Source: an uncultured bacterium
Lineage (GTDB): Bacteria; Babelota; Babeliae; Babelales; Babelaceae
DNA: 64,000 nucleotides
Assembly: GCA_963848965.1 (NCBI GenBank)
Contig: CAWKFG010000001.1
Coordinates: 96,001-160,000, forward strand
Direction of reading: 5' to 3'
A program made the translations under genes and the position numbers. Of this stretch, positions 40,006-51,387 are shown piece after piece; position 1 is the stretch's first letter; every line of letters begins with the position of its first letter. Under the pieces are notes generated by a model. The model was not told where the DNA came from, did not search any database, and worked only from the letters and a program-made list of their open reading frames with translations.

Positions 40006-40626
40006 ATGATGAAAGGTCTCTGGGGTAAAAAAATTGGAATGACCCAGGTTTTCTCAGATGCACAAAAGGTAATTCCTGTTACTGTTATTGATCTTGGAAA
40101 CTGGTATATTACTCAAGTTAAAACCAAGGAAAATGATGGATACAGCGCAGTAAAGTTAGGGCATGTCAAAGGTAGATATGCAGAACAAACTTTTTCTGCT
40201 GATTGGTTACAAGAACCAAAAAAATATTTTAGTGCATTTAAAGAAGTTCCTTTTGATGGAGAAATTGAACTCTCTGTCGGTCAACCAGCAGATGTAGCAG
40301 CTATCCTTGTAAAAGGTGATAGCGTTGATGTATTTGGTATTACGAAAGGTGCTGGTTTTCAAGGGGTCGTTAAGCGACATGGATTTGCTGGTGGTCGTGC
40401 AAGCCATGGTGCAACATTTGGTCGATTCCCAGGAGGACTAAGCTTTATGAGAAGCCGCGGCCGTGTTATTAAAGGAAGAAAAATGCCAGGACATATGGGC
40501 GTAGAGCGGCGAGTTATGAAAAATCTTGAGGTGGTTAAGGTAGAACCAAGTGTTGTGCTTGTCAAAGGTTCAGTACCGGGGAAAGCCGGATCACTTGTAT
40601 ATGTAAGAAAGGCAAGCAATGGCTAG
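40006..40626 (+). CDS. rplC: 50S ribosomal protein L3
   Basis: [24 protein letters not shown]. Confidence 0.98.
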   Translation: MMKGLWGKKIGMTQVFSDAQKVIPVTVIDLGNWYITQVKTKENDGYSAVKLGHVKGRYAEQTFSADWLQEPKKYFSAFKEVPFDGEIELSVGQPADVAAILVKGDSVDVFGITKGAGFQGVVKRHGFAGGRASHGATFGRFPGGLSFMRSRGRVIKGRKMPGHMGVERRVMKNLEVVKVEPSVVLVKGSVPGKAGSLVYVRKASNG

Positions 40627-41272
40627 GAAAAAACAAGCAGCGCAAGCTGAAGAAACAGTAACACACCATGTCATTGCACCAGAAGATTTGGCATTAACAG
40701 AAGAGCAAAGAGTTGCCGTATCGCCTACAGGGTTTTCCCAATGCGTACGTGCACTGCTCCAGAATTGGCGTCAAGGTACTGTTGCCTGTAAAGGTCGATC
40801 TGATGTGGCTTTTTCAAATAAAAAGCCGTGGAAACAAAAAGGCACAGGTCGTGCTCGTGCAGGATCAGCCCGCTCGCCATTATGGCGTAAGGGGGGCGTT
40901 ATCTTTGGGCCACAAGCAAGGACTCGTAAACTTGCAGTTCCTCAAGGCATGAAACATCATGTGTATAAAGGATTGCTGTGGGACTATTTAACAGATAACA
41001 AAATTGTGAGTCTTAATTTTGCTCCAGAAAGTACACCAAAAACTGCTCAAGCACATAAGGCATTGCAAGCAGCAGGATTAGGCAGCAAACGTATAGCATT
41101 GTTTGTAAGCCCGGAAGACAGGCTTACGCATGCTTCTTTTGCTAATCTGCCAAATGTACGCATGTTTTTATTTGATCAAGCAAATGCTTATGATTTAGCA
41201 AATAATGAGCAATGGGTAATACTTTCTAAAGATATGGATGCCTTTAAGCAGATGGTGAACACATGGATTTAA
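40619..41272 (+). CDS. rplD: 50S ribosomal protein L4
   Basis: [15 protein letters not shown]. Confidence 0.98.
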   Translation: MARKKQAAQAEETVTHHVIAPEDLALTEEQRVAVSPTGFSQCVRALLQNWRQGTVACKGRSDVAFSNKKPWKQKGTGRARAGSARSPLWRKGGVIFGPQARTRKLAVPQGMKHHVYKGLLWDYLTDNKIVSLNFAPESTPKTAQAHKALQAAGLGSKRIALFVSPEDRLTHASFANLPNVRMFLFDQANAYDLANNEQWVILSKDMDAFKQMVNTWI

Positions 41273-41598
41273 CATTATATGATATTATCAAAGGGCCTCG
41301 TATTACAGAGAAAGCATATCGCTTAAATCAGCGATTAAAGCAGTTGGTCCTTGAAGTCCATCCGCAGGCAAATAAGCCTCAAATTGAAGAAGCATTAAAA
41401 AAGTTATTTAATGTAGAGGCGGAGAAAATTGGTATCGTTACTATGCAAGGAAAGCGACGCCGTGTAGGACGTTATTGGACCGAAGGTAAAATGAGAAAAA
41501 AAGCTGTTATTACCTTAAAAGAGGGCCAATCTGTAGACCTTATGGGTCTCGGACAAACTGCTTCTCGCGAAGAGCCAACAACTGGTAGTAAGGAGTAG
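41263..41598 (+). CDS. rplW: 50S ribosomal protein L23
   Basis: PRITEKA, KKAVITL. Confidence 0.97.
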   Translation: MDLTLYDIIKGPRITEKAYRLNQRLKQLVLEVHPQANKPQIEEALKKLFNVEAEKIGIVTMQGKRRRVGRYWTEGKMRKKAVITLKEGQSVDLMGLGQTASREEPTTGSKE

Positions 41599-41601
41599 AA
41601 C

Positions 41602-42420
41602 ATGGCAGTTGTAACAAGAAAACCGCGTAACTCATCGTTACGCTTTCAAACATATATAGATACCAGTGATTTAACGAAAAAGAAGCCTGAGCGTAGCCTC
41701 ACGGTGGGACTCAGAAAGTCTGGTGGCAGAAATGCTTATGGACGTATGACCGTTCGTCATCGTGGTGGTGGTGCACAGCGCAAATACCGTATAATCGATT
41801 TTAAGCGTGAAGTACGGGATATTCCTGGTAAAGTTGTTTCAATGGAATATGACCCTAATCGTAATGTACGTATAGGGCTTGTAAATTATGCTAACGGTGC
41901 AAAACGGTATATCCTTCTTCCTGAAGGTCTTTCTGTAGGAAGCATCGTTCATGCAGGTAAAGAAGTGGAAGCTAAAGTTGGAAATGCGTTACCATTGCGC
42001 AGTATACCAGTAGGTTTCACCGTGCACAACGTAGAAATTATCCCAGGTTCTGGTGGTAAACTTGCTCGTAGTGCTGGTGCAGCTGTTCAGTTAGTGGCAA
42101 AAGCAGATGAGTATGCAACACTCAAGATGCCATCAGGAGAAATCCGTATGGTACATTTAGATTGTTGGGCTACCATTGGAACGCTTGGCAACGCTGAACA
42201 CAAAAACCTCTCTCTTGGGAAAGCTGGACGTACAAGGCATTTAGGTATTCGTCCAACGGTGCGTGGTATGGCAATGAACCCCGTTGATCACCCACATGGT
42301 GGTGGTGAAGGAAGATCCAAATCTGGTTCTCACCCTGTCAGCCCATGGGGTAAAGGTGCTAAGGGTACTCGTACCAGAAAGCGCAAGAATCCGCTTATTT
42401 TAAAACGAAGAAGACCATAA
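41602..42420 (+). CDS. rplB: 50S ribosomal protein L2
   Basis: [13 protein letters not shown]. Confidence 0.99.
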   Translation: MAVVTRKPRNSSLRFQTYIDTSDLTKKKPERSLTVGLRKSGGRNAYGRMTVRHRGGGAQRKYRIIDFKREVRDIPGKVVSMEYDPNRNVRIGLVNYANGAKRYILLPEGLSVGSIVHAGKEVEAKVGNALPLRSIPVGFTVHNVEIIPGSGGKLARSAGAAVQLVAKADEYATLKMPSGEIRMVHLDCWATIGTLGNAEHKNLSLGKAGRTRHLGIRPTVRGMAMNPVDHPHGGGEGRSKSGSHPVSPWGKGAKGTRTRKRKNPLILKRRRP

Positions 42421-42442
42421 ACGAGCATAGAGGATAGATACT

Positions 42443-42730
42443 GTGAGTAGATCAGCTAAAAAAGGCCCTTTTGTTGACGAGCATTTACTGAAGAAAGTTG
42501 AAAAGATAAAGACCGGCGGCAAGAGGGAAGTAATTAAAACATGGTCGCGTAGAAGTATGGTAACTCCTGATTTTGTAGGACTTACCATTGCTGTTCATGA
42601 TGGACGAAAATTTGTGTCTATTTATATTACAGAAAATATGGTAGGCCACAAGTTAGGAGAATTTGCTCCTACGCGTACCTTTAGATTGCATAGTGGACAG
42701 CGCAAAGCAGGCGCTGCAGCTGGTAAATAA
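42443..42730 (+). CDS. rpsS: 30S ribosomal protein S19
   Basis: [13 protein letters not shown]. Confidence 0.99.
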   Translation: MSRSAKKGPFVDEHLLKKVEKIKTGGKREVIKTWSRRSMVTPDFVGLTIAVHDGRKFVSIYITENMVGHKLGEFAPTRTFRLHSGQRKAGAAAGK

Positions 42731-42772
42731 TTTTAAAATAGTGTATAATTGTATAAAGAGGATCATTGCGAT

Positions 42773-43234
42773 ATGAAGAAGACAGAGACAAGTAAGCCCA
42801 AGGCTTCTGCTCGTGCTAAGGCTCCTAAGGCTTCCGCTAAAGCTCCTTCTCCTCGACCTAAAAAGGTTGCAGCGAGTACAACAGCGGATAAGGTGGTACC
42901 AAGCCAATTTACGGCACATGCTCGCTATGTCTGGTATTCTCCTTATAAGTTGAGATTGCTTGCGGATATAGTACGCGGTAAAGATGTAACGTATGCTTTA
43001 CAATGGCTTACTACTTATCGCACAAGGCGTGCTGAGCCAATTAAGAAGACTATAGAGTCAGCTGTAGCAAATGCTAAAAATCTTTCAAATGTTGATGCGT
43101 CAACATTAACAGTGAAAGAAATTCGCATAGATCAGGGACCTACACATCGGTATTTTAAACCGAGTGCTATGGGACGCTCGATGCCGTTGCGTAAGCGGTT
43201 GAGTCATATAAGTGTTATTTTAGGAACTAAATAG
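42773..43234 (+). CDS. rplV: 50S ribosomal protein L22 with K/A/P/S-rich N-terminal extension
   Basis: SPYKLRLLAD, SAVANA, SHISV; ATG at 42773 after RBS GAGG. Confidence 0.95.
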   Translation: MKKTETSKPKASARAKAPKASAKAPSPRPKKVAASTTADKVVPSQFTAHARYVWYSPYKLRLLADIVRGKDVTYALQWLTTYRTRRAEPIKKTIESAVANAKNLSNVDASTLTVKEIRIDQGPTHRYFKPSAMGRSMPLRKRLSHISVILGTK

Positions 43235-43241
43235 GTGAACA

Positions 43242-43877
43242 GTGGGACAAAAGGTTAACCCAATAGGGTTTAGAACAGGCGTCTATCGTGATTGGCCATC
43301 ACAATGGTTTGCTCGACGCCAAAATTATGCTAAACTAGCATTAGAAGATATGGCTATTAGAGGATATATAGCAAAAAATCTTCGTGGTGCTGAGATTGCT
43401 AAGGTAGAGATCGAAAAAGCGGCTGATAATGTGCGCGTTAGAATACATTCAGCTCGGCCTGGTGTAGTTATTGGTAAAAAAGGTCAAGATATTGATATCT
43501 TGCGTAAAAATTTAGCTCGTCTGCTTGGTCGTGAAAATGTAGAAGTATCTGTTCAAGAAGTAAAAAATCCTGAGCTTGATGCTACTATTGTTGCTAAAAG
43601 CATTGCTGAGCAACTTGAAAAACGAGCAAGCTTTAAGAAAGTTATGAAAAAAGCAGCACTTTCCTCTATAAAAGCAGGTGCACGCGGAATAAAAATTCGT
43701 TGTGCAGGACGGCTTGGTGGTGCTGAGATTGCTCGTGATGAATGGGAACGTAAAGGATCAGTACCCCTTCATACCTTACGTGCAGATGTAGATTATGGGT
43801 TTGAAGAAGCACATACTACCTATGGCGTAATTGGGGTGAAAGTCTGGATTTACCGTGGTGAATATAAATTAGTGTAA
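43242..43877 (+). CDS. rpsC: 30S ribosomal protein S3
   Basis: MGQKVNPIGFR, GRLGGAEIAR. Confidence 0.99.
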   Translation: MGQKVNPIGFRTGVYRDWPSQWFARRQNYAKLALEDMAIRGYIAKNLRGAEIAKVEIEKAADNVRVRIHSARPGVVIGKKGQDIDILRKNLARLLGRENVEVSVQEVKNPELDATIVAKSIAEQLEKRASFKKVMKKAALSSIKAGARGIKIRCAGRLGGAEIARDEWERKGSVPLHTLRADVDYGFEEAHTTYGVIGVKVWIYRGEYKLV

Positions 43878-43889
43878 GAGAGTATAACT

Positions 43890-44324
43890 ATGTTAATGCC
43901 CAAGAAAATAAAATACCGCAAGGTTCAAAAGGGCCGTAAATCTGGAAGATCCAAAGGAGCTCGTGAGCTTGAGTTTGGTGACTATGGTTTACAAGCTGTT
44001 GAACCATGCTGGCTTACGGCACAACAAATTGAGGCTGTTCGTGTGACAATTTCACGAAAGCTTAAGAAAGTTGGTCGTCTCTTTATCCGGGTATTTCCGG
44101 ACAAGCCTGTTACCAAGAAACCAGCGGAAACTCGTATGGGTAAAGGTAAAGGTAACGTAGAATCATGGGTTGCTGTCGTTAAACGAGATCGCATTATGTT
44201 TGAAGTAGCGGATCTTGATGAAGCAACAGCAAAACAAGTGTTAAAAGCGGCGACATATAAGCTGCCAATGAAAACAAAGTTTGTAAAACGAACTAATGAG
44301 CAAGTAGAGCAGAAACATGAGTAA
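43890..44324 (+). CDS. rplP: 50S ribosomal protein L16
   Basis: [12 protein letters not shown]. Confidence 0.99.
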   Translation: MLMPKKIKYRKVQKGRKSGRSKGARELEFGDYGLQAVEPCWLTAQQIEAVRVTISRKLKKVGRLFIRVFPDKPVTKKPAETRMGKGKGNVESWVAVVKRDRIMFEVADLDEATAKQVLKAATYKLPMKTKFVKRTNEQVEQKHE

Positions 44325-44523
44325 AGAAAAAGATTTACGTGAAGAGCTGTGTAAGCTTTCAGCAGAAGAGCTTATAGGTAAGATTCATTCATTGCGTCGT
44401 GAACTCTTTAGCTTGCGTCTTCATGCAGCAACAACGCCTATAAAAGATAAAATGCAAGCTAAGCGTATGCGTAGAGATATTGCTCGCGCACTTACGTATT
44501 TGCGTCAATTAGATAAACATTAA
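44317..44523 (+). CDS. rpmC: 50S ribosomal protein L29
   Basis: ELFSLR...RRDIARALT; operon position. Confidence 0.93.
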   Translation: MSKEKDLREELCKLSAEELIGKIHSLRRELFSLRLHAATTPIKDKMQAKRMRRDIARALTYLRQLDKH

Positions 44524-44541
44524 TAAAGCATAAAGGTATCT

Positions 44542-44814
44542 ATGGTTGATACACAACAGACACCAAAGCATATACTGACAGGCGAGGTAATTTCTGATAA
44601 AATGGATAAAACAGTAGTGGTAAAAGTTGAAAGAACTTATACCCATCCTCGATTCAACAAAGTTATTCGTTCGTCAAAGAAGTATAAAGTACATGATGAA
44701 ACAGAGACTGCCAAAGTAGGTGATATTGTAGAAATCTATGAAGGTCGTCCGCTTTCAAAGACAAAATATATGTATCTTGCGCGTATTATCCACAATAAGG
44801 GCGCAAGACAATAA
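44542..44814 (+). CDS. rpsQ: 30S ribosomal protein S17
   Basis: [17 protein letters not shown]. Confidence 0.98.
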   Translation: MVDTQQTPKHILTGEVISDKMDKTVVVKVERTYTHPRFNKVIRSSKKYKVHDETETAKVGDIVEIYEGRPLSKTKYMYLARIIHNKGARQ

Positions 44815-44830
44815 CAATAGGGTAAAAGAA

Positions 44831-45211
44831 ATGGTTCAAAAAGAGTCGCATCTTGTTCCTGCAGATAACTCTGGGGCATTGGATTTAAAGGTGTTTCACC
44901 TGGTAGGAAGCACTGGCAAAAGATTTGCTAGTATAGGGGATATTGTTATCTGTGCTGTTAAAAGGGCAATCCCTGGTGCGGAAGTGAAAAAGGGTGACGT
45001 TGTTACTGCTGTTATAGTGCGTACAAGAAAAGAGGTACGACGAGCAGATGGGAGCTATGTTCGCTTTGGAGATAACGCAGCAGTCCTTATTAAAAGTGCA
45101 GACGATACAACTCCAAGAGCTACTCGTATTTTTGGTCCTATAGCTCGAGAGCTTCGTGCTGGCGGGGAAAAGTTTTCAAAAATAATTTCATTGGCGCCAG
45201 AGGTTGTGTAA
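44831..45211 (+). CDS. rplN: 50S ribosomal protein L14
   Basis: [18 protein letters not shown]; start MVQKES at 44831. Confidence 0.98.
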   Translation: MVQKESHLVPADNSGALDLKVFHLVGSTGKRFASIGDIVICAVKRAIPGAEVKKGDVVTAVIVRTRKEVRRADGSYVRFGDNAAVLIKSADDTTPRATRIFGPIARELRAGGEKFSKIISLAPEVV

Positions 45212-45222
45212 AAGGAACTACT

Positions 45223-45531
45223 ATGATGCGTATTAAAAGAAATGATACTGTGCTTGTGATTGCAGGTAAGGATAAAGGAAAGCGCGGAGTTGTATTAGAA
45301 GTGCTTCCTGATAAAAACCTTATCAAAGTACAGGGGATAGCGGTAATGACAAAACACGTAAAAGCACGCCGTCAAGGAGAGATATCTGCAATTAAAAGGC
45401 AAGAAGGATTTATTCATCTTTCTAACGTAATGCTTATAAGTCCTGATGGTAAGCCATGTCGTGTTGGTGTTAAAACGCTTGAAGATGGAAAAAAAGTACG
45501 AGTATGTAATCGTACAGGGCAAACAATATAA
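45223..45531 (+). CDS. rplX: 50S ribosomal protein L24
   Basis: VIAGKDKGKRG KOW motif. Confidence 0.98.
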   Translation: MMRIKRNDTVLVIAGKDKGKRGVVLEVLPDKNLIKVQGIAVMTKHVKARRQGEISAIKRQEGFIHLSNVMLISPDGKPCRVGVKTLEDGKKVRVCNRTGQTI

Positions 45532-45544
45532 GAGGTAAGGCAGG

Positions 45545-46117
45545 ATGAGTAAAGCCCAAAAAAACACAGACAAAAAAGCTCGTTTAGAAGAGCTCTATGA
45601 GTCAAAGCTACGTCCACAGCTTCAGAAAGATCTTGGACTTCCTAACGTTATGGAAGTACCAAAACTCGATAAGATTGTTCTTAACATAGGGGTTAAAGAA
45701 GCTGTTGGTGATAGCCGAGTATTAAACACGGTCATGCAAACGTTAGATGCAATTGCTGGTCAAAAATCGGTAAAAACTCTTGCGCGTAAATCTATAGCAG
45801 GTTTCAAGATTCGAGAGGGAATGCCAATTGGAGTTCGTGTTACGTTGCGTAGAAAAAAGATGTATGACTTTTTGGATAAGCTTATTAACTTAGGTTTACC
45901 AAAGGTACGTGACTTTCAAGGGGTGCCTACAAAGCTTGATTCTCAAGGTAACTATAACCTTGGTATTAAAGAGTGGAGTATCTTCCCGGAGACTGACTCT
46001 ACGAGTGAAAAGGTTTTTGGAATGAATATTACAATACATACTACGGCTGCTAATGATGCTCAAGGATTTGAGCTTTTGAGAGCTTTTGGTATGCCTTTTC
46101 GTAAACAAACAAGGTAA
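45545..46117 (+). CDS. rplE: 50S ribosomal protein L5
   Basis: SIAGFKIREGMPIG. Confidence 0.98.
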   Translation: MSKAQKNTDKKARLEELYESKLRPQLQKDLGLPNVMEVPKLDKIVLNIGVKEAVGDSRVLNTVMQTLDAIAGQKSVKTLARKSIAGFKIREGMPIGVRVTLRRKKMYDFLDKLINLGLPKVRDFQGVPTKLDSQGNYNLGIKEWSIFPETDSTSEKVFGMNITIHTTAANDAQGFELLRAFGMPFRKQTR

Positions 46118-46126
46118 AGGAATTGA

Positions 46127-46312
46127 ATGGCGCGTAAAGCATTGATTGAAAAATCACAACAAACACCAAAGTTTGCAGTAAGACATCGTAATAGATGCAC
46201 ATTGTGTGGACGGCCACGCGGATTTATCAGATTTTTTCAGATGTGCCGTTTGTGCTTTAGAATAAATGCATCTAAAGGTGTGCTGCCAGGTGTAAAGAAA
46301 GCTAGTTGGTAA
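46127..46312 (+). CDS. rpsN: 30S ribosomal protein S14 (zinc-binding C+ type)
   Basis: RCTLCGRPRG...MCRLCFR, KASW. Confidence 0.97.
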   Translation: MARKALIEKSQQTPKFAVRHRNRCTLCGRPRGFIRFFQMCRLCFRINASKGVLPGVKKASW

Positions 46313-46333
46313 ATTATTTAGAGGATTGGTGGA

Positions 46334-46729
46334 ATGTCAGTTGATACAATTGGAGATTTTTTAACGGTAATACGTAATGGTGTATTAGCATCTAAAAAAG
46401 AAGTTACAACTCCTTATTCACGATTAAAGCACGAGATAGCACAGATTCTAAAAGATGAAGGCTTCTTACGTGATATTATTGTTGAAGATACAGGAAAAAG
46501 TTATAAGCAGCTACGCTTGATGCTTAAATACACAAAAGGTGAATCCGTTATTCATGAAATTAACCGGATAAGTAAACCGGGACGACGTACTTATGAAAGC
46601 ATTGCTCGTATAAAGCCAGTAATTGGCGGTTTAGGTATTACAATACTTACTACCCATAGAGGAGTAATGACTCATAAAAAAGCTCGACAACTAGGTGTTG
46701 GCGGTGAAGTCGTTTGTACAGTGTGGTAA
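46334..46729 (+). CDS. rpsH: 30S ribosomal protein S8
   Basis: RISKPGRR, GVGGEVVC. Confidence 0.98.
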   Translation: MSVDTIGDFLTVIRNGVLASKKEVTTPYSRLKHEIAQILKDEGFLRDIIVEDTGKSYKQLRLMLKYTKGESVIHEINRISKPGRRTYESIARIKPVIGGLGITILTTHRGVMTHKKARQLGVGGEVVCTVW

Positions 46730-46741
46730 AGGTAGAAAGCT

Positions 46742-47278
46742 ATGTCAAAGATTGGAAGAAAACCCATACAAGTAGGTGGGGCTCAAGTAGAAATAAAAGA
46801 TAATGAGATTCATTACAAAGGTAAAAAATCGTCAGGCGTTCATTTTTTAGATAAAGCTCTTCAAGCAGAGCTTAAGGGAAAAGATTTATATATCACGCCT
46901 CGTACGGAAACCCCTGATACAAATAGAGTATGGGGACTTCATCGAGCACTCCTCTTTAATAAGATTAAGGGTGCTGATGTTGGTTTTGAAAAGCAACTAA
47001 AGATTAATGGTCTTGGTTTTAAAGCAAATGCTGCTAATTCAAAAATGCAGTTCTCTTTAGGATTTAGTCATAAAATAGATTTTGACTTACCAAAAGAGGT
47101 GACTGTAGAAGTTGATAAAACCGGTCAGTTGCTTACATTTAGATCCTTTGATAAAGATCTTCTTGGTCAAGTATGCAGTGACGTGCGTGCTTTACGACCA
47201 CCAGAGCCTTATAAGGGAACTGGGATACAGTATGTTAATGAAGTTATTCTGCGCAAAGCAGGAAAAGCTAAATCATAA
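46742..47278 (+). CDS. rplF: 50S ribosomal protein L6
   Basis: [11 protein letters not shown]. Confidence 0.98.
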   Translation: MSKIGRKPIQVGGAQVEIKDNEIHYKGKKSSGVHFLDKALQAELKGKDLYITPRTETPDTNRVWGLHRALLFNKIKGADVGFEKQLKINGLGFKANAANSKMQFSLGFSHKIDFDLPKEVTVEVDKTGQLLTFRSFDKDLLGQVCSDVRALRPPEPYKGTGIQYVNEVILRKAGKAKS

Positions 47279-47295
47279 TTAAGTGGAGCTTTAAC

Positions 47296-47649
47296 GTGTC
47301 TTTACAAAGAAAAATAGCAAAACGAACAGAAAGACGTGCATTACGCGTTCGTGCAAAACTGAGAACTACAGAGGTCCCAAGACTTTCAGTATTTCGCAGT
47401 TTAAACCATATTTATGCACAAATTATTGATGATGCTCAGCAAAAAACGCTGGTAAGTTATTCATCACAAGAGCTTGAGAATGTCAAAGGAACTAAAAAAG
47501 ACGTTGCTCAAGCAGTTGGGAAAGAGCTTGCTCAAAAAGCATTGAAAGCGGGCATTTCCAAAGTAGTATTTGATCGTGGGCCGTTCTTGTATCATGGGCG
47601 AGTAAAATCGCTTGCTGAAGGTGCAAGAGAAGCCGGACTTGAGATGTAA
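47296..47649 (+). CDS. rplR: 50S ribosomal protein L18
   Basis: [20 protein letters not shown]. Confidence 0.98.
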   Translation: MSLQRKIAKRTERRALRVRAKLRTTEVPRLSVFRSLNHIYAQIIDDAQQKTLVSYSSQELENVKGTKKDVAQAVGKELAQKALKAGISKVVFDRGPFLYHGRVKSLAEGAREAGLEM

Positions 47650-47662
47650 ATAGGATAAAACA

Positions 47663-48184
47663 ATGGCAGAAACAGCAAGAGAAAAAGAATTTGTAGATAG
47701 CGTAGTGAGCGTCAACCGAGTAACGAAAGTTACTAAAGGTGGTAAAAGGTTCTCCTTTTCAGCGTTTGTTGTATCGGGAGATCAGCAAGGACGTGTAGGT
47801 ATTGGACTTGGCAAAAGTAAAGAAGTATCTTCCGCAATTGCAAAAGCTACTGCGCGAGCACGTAAAAATATGATCACTATACCGTTGCGTGGTACAACTC
47901 TTCCTTATAATGTAAAAGGTCGTCATGGCGCTACATGGGTTGTAATAAACTCAGCGTATAAGGGAACTGGTGTTATTGCAGGTGGTGCAGTACGTTCAGT
48001 TATGGAAGCGATTGGTATTAAAGATGTGCTTGCAAAAACAGTAGGGCCATCACGATGTGGTCAGAATGTAGTAAAAGCTACTTTAAATGCGCTTGCAAAG
48101 TGTCGTTCAGCAGCAGATATTGCTGCACTACGTGGTAAATCAGTTAAAGAATTGGTAAAGGGTAATCATGACACTGCTGAGTAA
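47663..48184 (+). CDS. rpsE: 30S ribosomal protein S5
   Basis: [20 protein letters not shown]. Confidence 0.98.
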   Translation: MAETAREKEFVDSVVSVNRVTKVTKGGKRFSFSAFVVSGDQQGRVGIGLGKSKEVSSAIAKATARARKNMITIPLRGTTLPYNVKGRHGATWVVINSAYKGTGVIAGGAVRSVMEAIGIKDVLAKTVGPSRCGQNVVKATLNALAKCRSAADIAALRGKSVKELVKGNHDTAE

Positions 48185-48615
48185 TCTTTCTCGATTAGTA
48201 AAAAAAAGAAAGCGTGTAGGAAGAGGTGGAGACCTTGGAGGAACTTCTGGAAAGGGTCATAAAGGGCAAAAAGCTCGTTCAGGACCACGAATTGGTAGCG
48301 CGTTTGAAGGTGGTCAAATGCCACTTACTCGTAGATTGCCAAAAAGAGGATTTTCTAACGCTCCTTTTAAAGAGACCTATGAGATCGTAAATCGTACAGA
48401 AATTAGGTGTCATATTTGATACTGGTGCAACTGTCAATAGAGATGCTCTGGTTGAAAAAGGGATCATAAAGCGGAGTAGCAAACTTCCTATTAAGGTACT
48501 TGGTAATGGCACACTTGACAAGAAGCTTGTAGTCTATGCTGATGAATTTAGCAAGACTGCAGAAGAAGCCATTAAAAATAATGGTGGAGAAACTCATTTA
48601 ACAAGGGAGATGTAA
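48168..48615 (+). CDS. rplO: 50S ribosomal protein L15, split by +1 frameshift near 48393
   Basis: N-half [24 protein letters not shown]-half in the next frame VQKLGVIFD...[13 protein letters not shown]...[10 protein letters not shown]. Confidence 0.93.
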
Positions 48616-48619
48616 GGTT

Positions 48620-49936
48620 GTGGTTTTCTTAAAAAATTTTGGGAATATTTTTAAGATTCCTGAGTTAACACGAAAATTGCTTTTTACTCTCGGCGTTCTT
48701 GTTGTATACCGTATTGGTAGCTTTATTCCTGCTATCGGTATTAACGTACAACTTCTTGCAGAACATATGGCGAAGGCCTCTACATTTAGAGGAATATTAA
48801 GCTTCTTTGATACGTTTTCTGGTGGTTCCTTGCAATATTGTACTATTTTTGCATTAGGGATCAGCCCTTATATTACAGCATCGATTATGATGCAGATGCT
48901 TAGTATGACGGTGCCTTCTTTAGAGGCTCTTATGAAAGAAGGAGATTACGGCCGTAGAGTAATCAATCAGTATACACGGTATCTCGCTTTGATCTTAAGT
49001 GTAGGATATAGCTTTGCCTATGCGATGTATTTGAGTAATGCTAATGCTACAACAACACCGGGACTATTAATCTCACCAGGATGGAGCTTTAACTTTCTGT
49101 TTACTCTTTCCTTAACAGTAGGCTGTATGTTTACTATGTGGCTTGGTGAGCAGATCTCTTTGTTTGGTGTAGGAAATGGAAGCTCTATGATTATCTTTGC
49201 AGGTATCGTAGCACGGTTTCCAAGTCTTTTTGCACAAGTGCTTACTCTCCATCCAATTAAGGCATTCCTTGTACTTCTTGTGTTTGTGGCTATTACTGGT
49301 TGTATTGTTTTCCTTGAAAAGGGCGATCGCAAGATACCAGTACAGTATGCACGGCGTATTATAGGGCAGCGAGTCTATGGCGGACAAAGTACTTATATTC
49401 CGTTTAAAATTAATACTGGTGGGGTGATGCCTGTTATTTTCGCGTCTTCTGTGCTTAATATTCCTGCGTTTATTATAGGGCTTTTAGGTGAGCGATTTCC
49501 ATTTCTAAAACCAGTTGCTGCATCATTAGCAGGTACAGGATTCCTTTACAATGCTGTACTTTTTGCTTTAATTATATTCTTTACGTATTTTTATACGGCT
49601 ATTGTGTTTAATCCTACAGAGCTTGCAGATAATATCAAAAAGAGCGGTGGGTTTATTCCAGGTATTCGTCCTGGTAAACAGACAGCAGATTTCTTTGATT
49701 TTATTCTTACCCGTATTGGATTAGTAGGTGCTATCTATTTAGGTGCACTTGCAATAGCGCCAAATATTATTGGCGGGATGTTAAATCTGCCATTTGCGGT
49801 CAGTGGTACGTCTCTTCTTATTATGGTGGGTGTAGCGCTTGAAGTTTCTGCGCAGATTGAATCGTATTTAATAGAATATAAGTATGGATCATTTTTATCA
49901 TCAGGTCAGCGAATAAAGAGTAAGGTTACACGTTGA
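48620..49936 (+). CDS. secY: Preprotein translocase SecY
   Basis: IFALGISPYITASI, GNGSSMIIFAGI, IPGIRPG, GTSLLI. Confidence 0.99.
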   Translation: MVFLKNFGNIFKIPELTRKLLFTLGVLVVYRIGSFIPAIGINVQLLAEHMAKASTFRGILSFFDTFSGGSLQYCTIFALGISPYITASIMMQMLSMTVPSLEALMKEGDYGRRVINQYTRYLALILSVGYSFAYAMYLSNANATTTPGLLISPGWSFNFLFTLSLTVGCMFTMWLGEQISLFGVGNGSSMIIFAGIVARFPSLFAQVLTLHPIKAFLVLLVFVAITGCIVFLEKGDRKIPVQYARRIIGQRVYGGQSTYIPFKINTGGVMPVIFASSVLNIPAFIIGLLGERFPFLKPVAASLAGTGFLYNAVLFALIIFFTYFYTAIVFNPTELADNIKKSGGFIPGIRPGKQTADFFDFILTRIGLVGAIYLGALAIAPNIIGGMLNLPFAVSGTSLLIMVGVALEVSAQIESYLIEYKYGSFLSSGQRIKSKVTR

Positions 49937-50625
49937 GACATACAGATATTTTTATCTTTCTTGGTCCTCCTGGGTCAGGTAAGGGGTCAATTTCAGGATT
50001 ATGTACAAAACGGCTTGGCTGGACACAGTTTTCTACAGGAAACTTATGTAGACAGCATATTGCAGATAGAACGGAAATAGGTAAAAAGATAGATTTTATC
50101 ATAAAATCTGGTAAACTTATTTCTGATAGCCTTATTATGGAAATGGTTCATGAGTGGCTTATACCGTGGTTGGCAAATGGTCATAGTATTATTTTTGATG
50201 GACTTCCACGTACACAAGCACAAGCAGAAGCTTTAGACACCTTATTTAAAGCTTTAGATTCTCATAAAATTAAGGTGCATGTTATGCGTTTGGCTATAGA
50301 TGATAGCGTTATTATTGATCGAGTAAAGACACGAGCTATTTGTCAAAAGAAAGAGTGCCAAGCGGTATATTCGTTGCATGAGCATTCTCCACAGAGGCCG
50401 CATAAAGATATGATCTGTAATGACTGTTCTACTCCTTTGGCAAGAAGACAAGAGGATGAAGAAAACGTGCTTAAAGAGCGGTTGCTTATTTACCATAAGC
50501 ATGAAGATGAGATTATGGATTTTTACCGTAGTGTTGGTCAGCCGATCCATATCTTAAATGCTGAGGTGCCACTTGAAGAGGTGTATACACAGCTTATTTC
50601 GTTACTGGATCGTGAATCTTTATGA
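49933..50625 (+). CDS. adk: Adenylate kinase (Cys-containing lid)
   Basis: GPPGSGKG, STGNL, DGLPRT; position after secY. Confidence 0.93.
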   Translation: MRHTDIFIFLGPPGSGKGSISGLCTKRLGWTQFSTGNLCRQHIADRTEIGKKIDFIIKSGKLISDSLIMEMVHEWLIPWLANGHSIIFDGLPRTQAQAEALDTLFKALDSHKIKVHVMRLAIDDSVIIDRVKTRAICQKKECQAVYSLHEHSPQRPHKDMICNDCSTPLARRQEDEENVLKERLLIYHKHEDEIMDFYRSVGQPIHILNAEVPLEEVYTQLISLLDRESL

Positions 50626-51371
50626 TTACTATCAAAAACGAAAATGCTCTTGAAAGAATGGCTAAGGCAGGATCACTACTTGCACGCATGTTTGAAAAGA
50701 TGCCTCAGTTACTTGAACCAGGTGTAAGTACTGCTCACATTGATGCATGGATAGATGGTTATTTAAGACAGCATAATCTTGTGTCAAGTATGCGAGGGTA
50801 TATGGGATACCGTCATGTAAGTTGCATTTCGCTTAATGATGAGGTGGTGCATGGCATTCCAACCAATGATCGAAAGCTTAAGGAGCATGATTTGGTTAAA
50901 GTAGATGTATGTGCTTCATTTAATGGTTATTGTGCAGATATGGCACGAGCATTTTTTGTGGCAGAAGGAACTCAAGAGGCTCGACGTCTTGTTGATGTAG
51001 CATGGAGTGCCCTTAGTAAAGGGATAGATGAAGTGCTAGCAGGGCAGCGCTTAGGCAATGTTTCTGCTGCGATACAGCAAGAGGTAGAGGCTCATGGCTG
51101 TGGAGTGGTGCGAGAGTTTGCAGGTCATGGTATAGGAAAGCGGATGCATGAGGATCCGGAAATATTAAATTACGGAAAACCTGGTTGTGGTCCAGTGATG
51201 AAGCCTGGGATGGCATTTGCTATAGAGCCTATGATCACCGCTGGTGATTATAAAGTGTATGTAGCACATGATGGATGGACAGTGAAAACGATAGATAAAA
51301 GTCTTGCTGCTCATGTAGAGGATACGGTTATAGTGACTGAACATGGTCCACGTATTCTTACACGGGTCTAA
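50622..51371 (+). CDS. map: Methionine aminopeptidase type I
   Basis: CISLNDEVVHGIP, GHGIG, AIEPM, AHVEDT. Confidence 0.97.
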   Translation: MITIKNENALERMAKAGSLLARMFEKMPQLLEPGVSTAHIDAWIDGYLRQHNLVSSMRGYMGYRHVSCISLNDEVVHGIPTNDRKLKEHDLVKVDVCASFNGYCADMARAFFVAEGTQEARRLVDVAWSALSKGIDEVLAGQRLGNVSAAIQQEVEAHGCGVVREFAGHGIGKRMHEDPEILNYGKPGCGPVMKPGMAFAIEPMITAGDYKVYVAHDGWTVKTIDKSLAAHVEDTVIVTEHGPRILTRV

Positions 51372-51387
51372 AGGTAACGAGTAGACT

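Noticed and set aside
48380..48420. Programmed frameshift in rplO
   Set aside because: No slippery sequence or stimulatory structure is evident; an error or recent mutation is more parsimonious.
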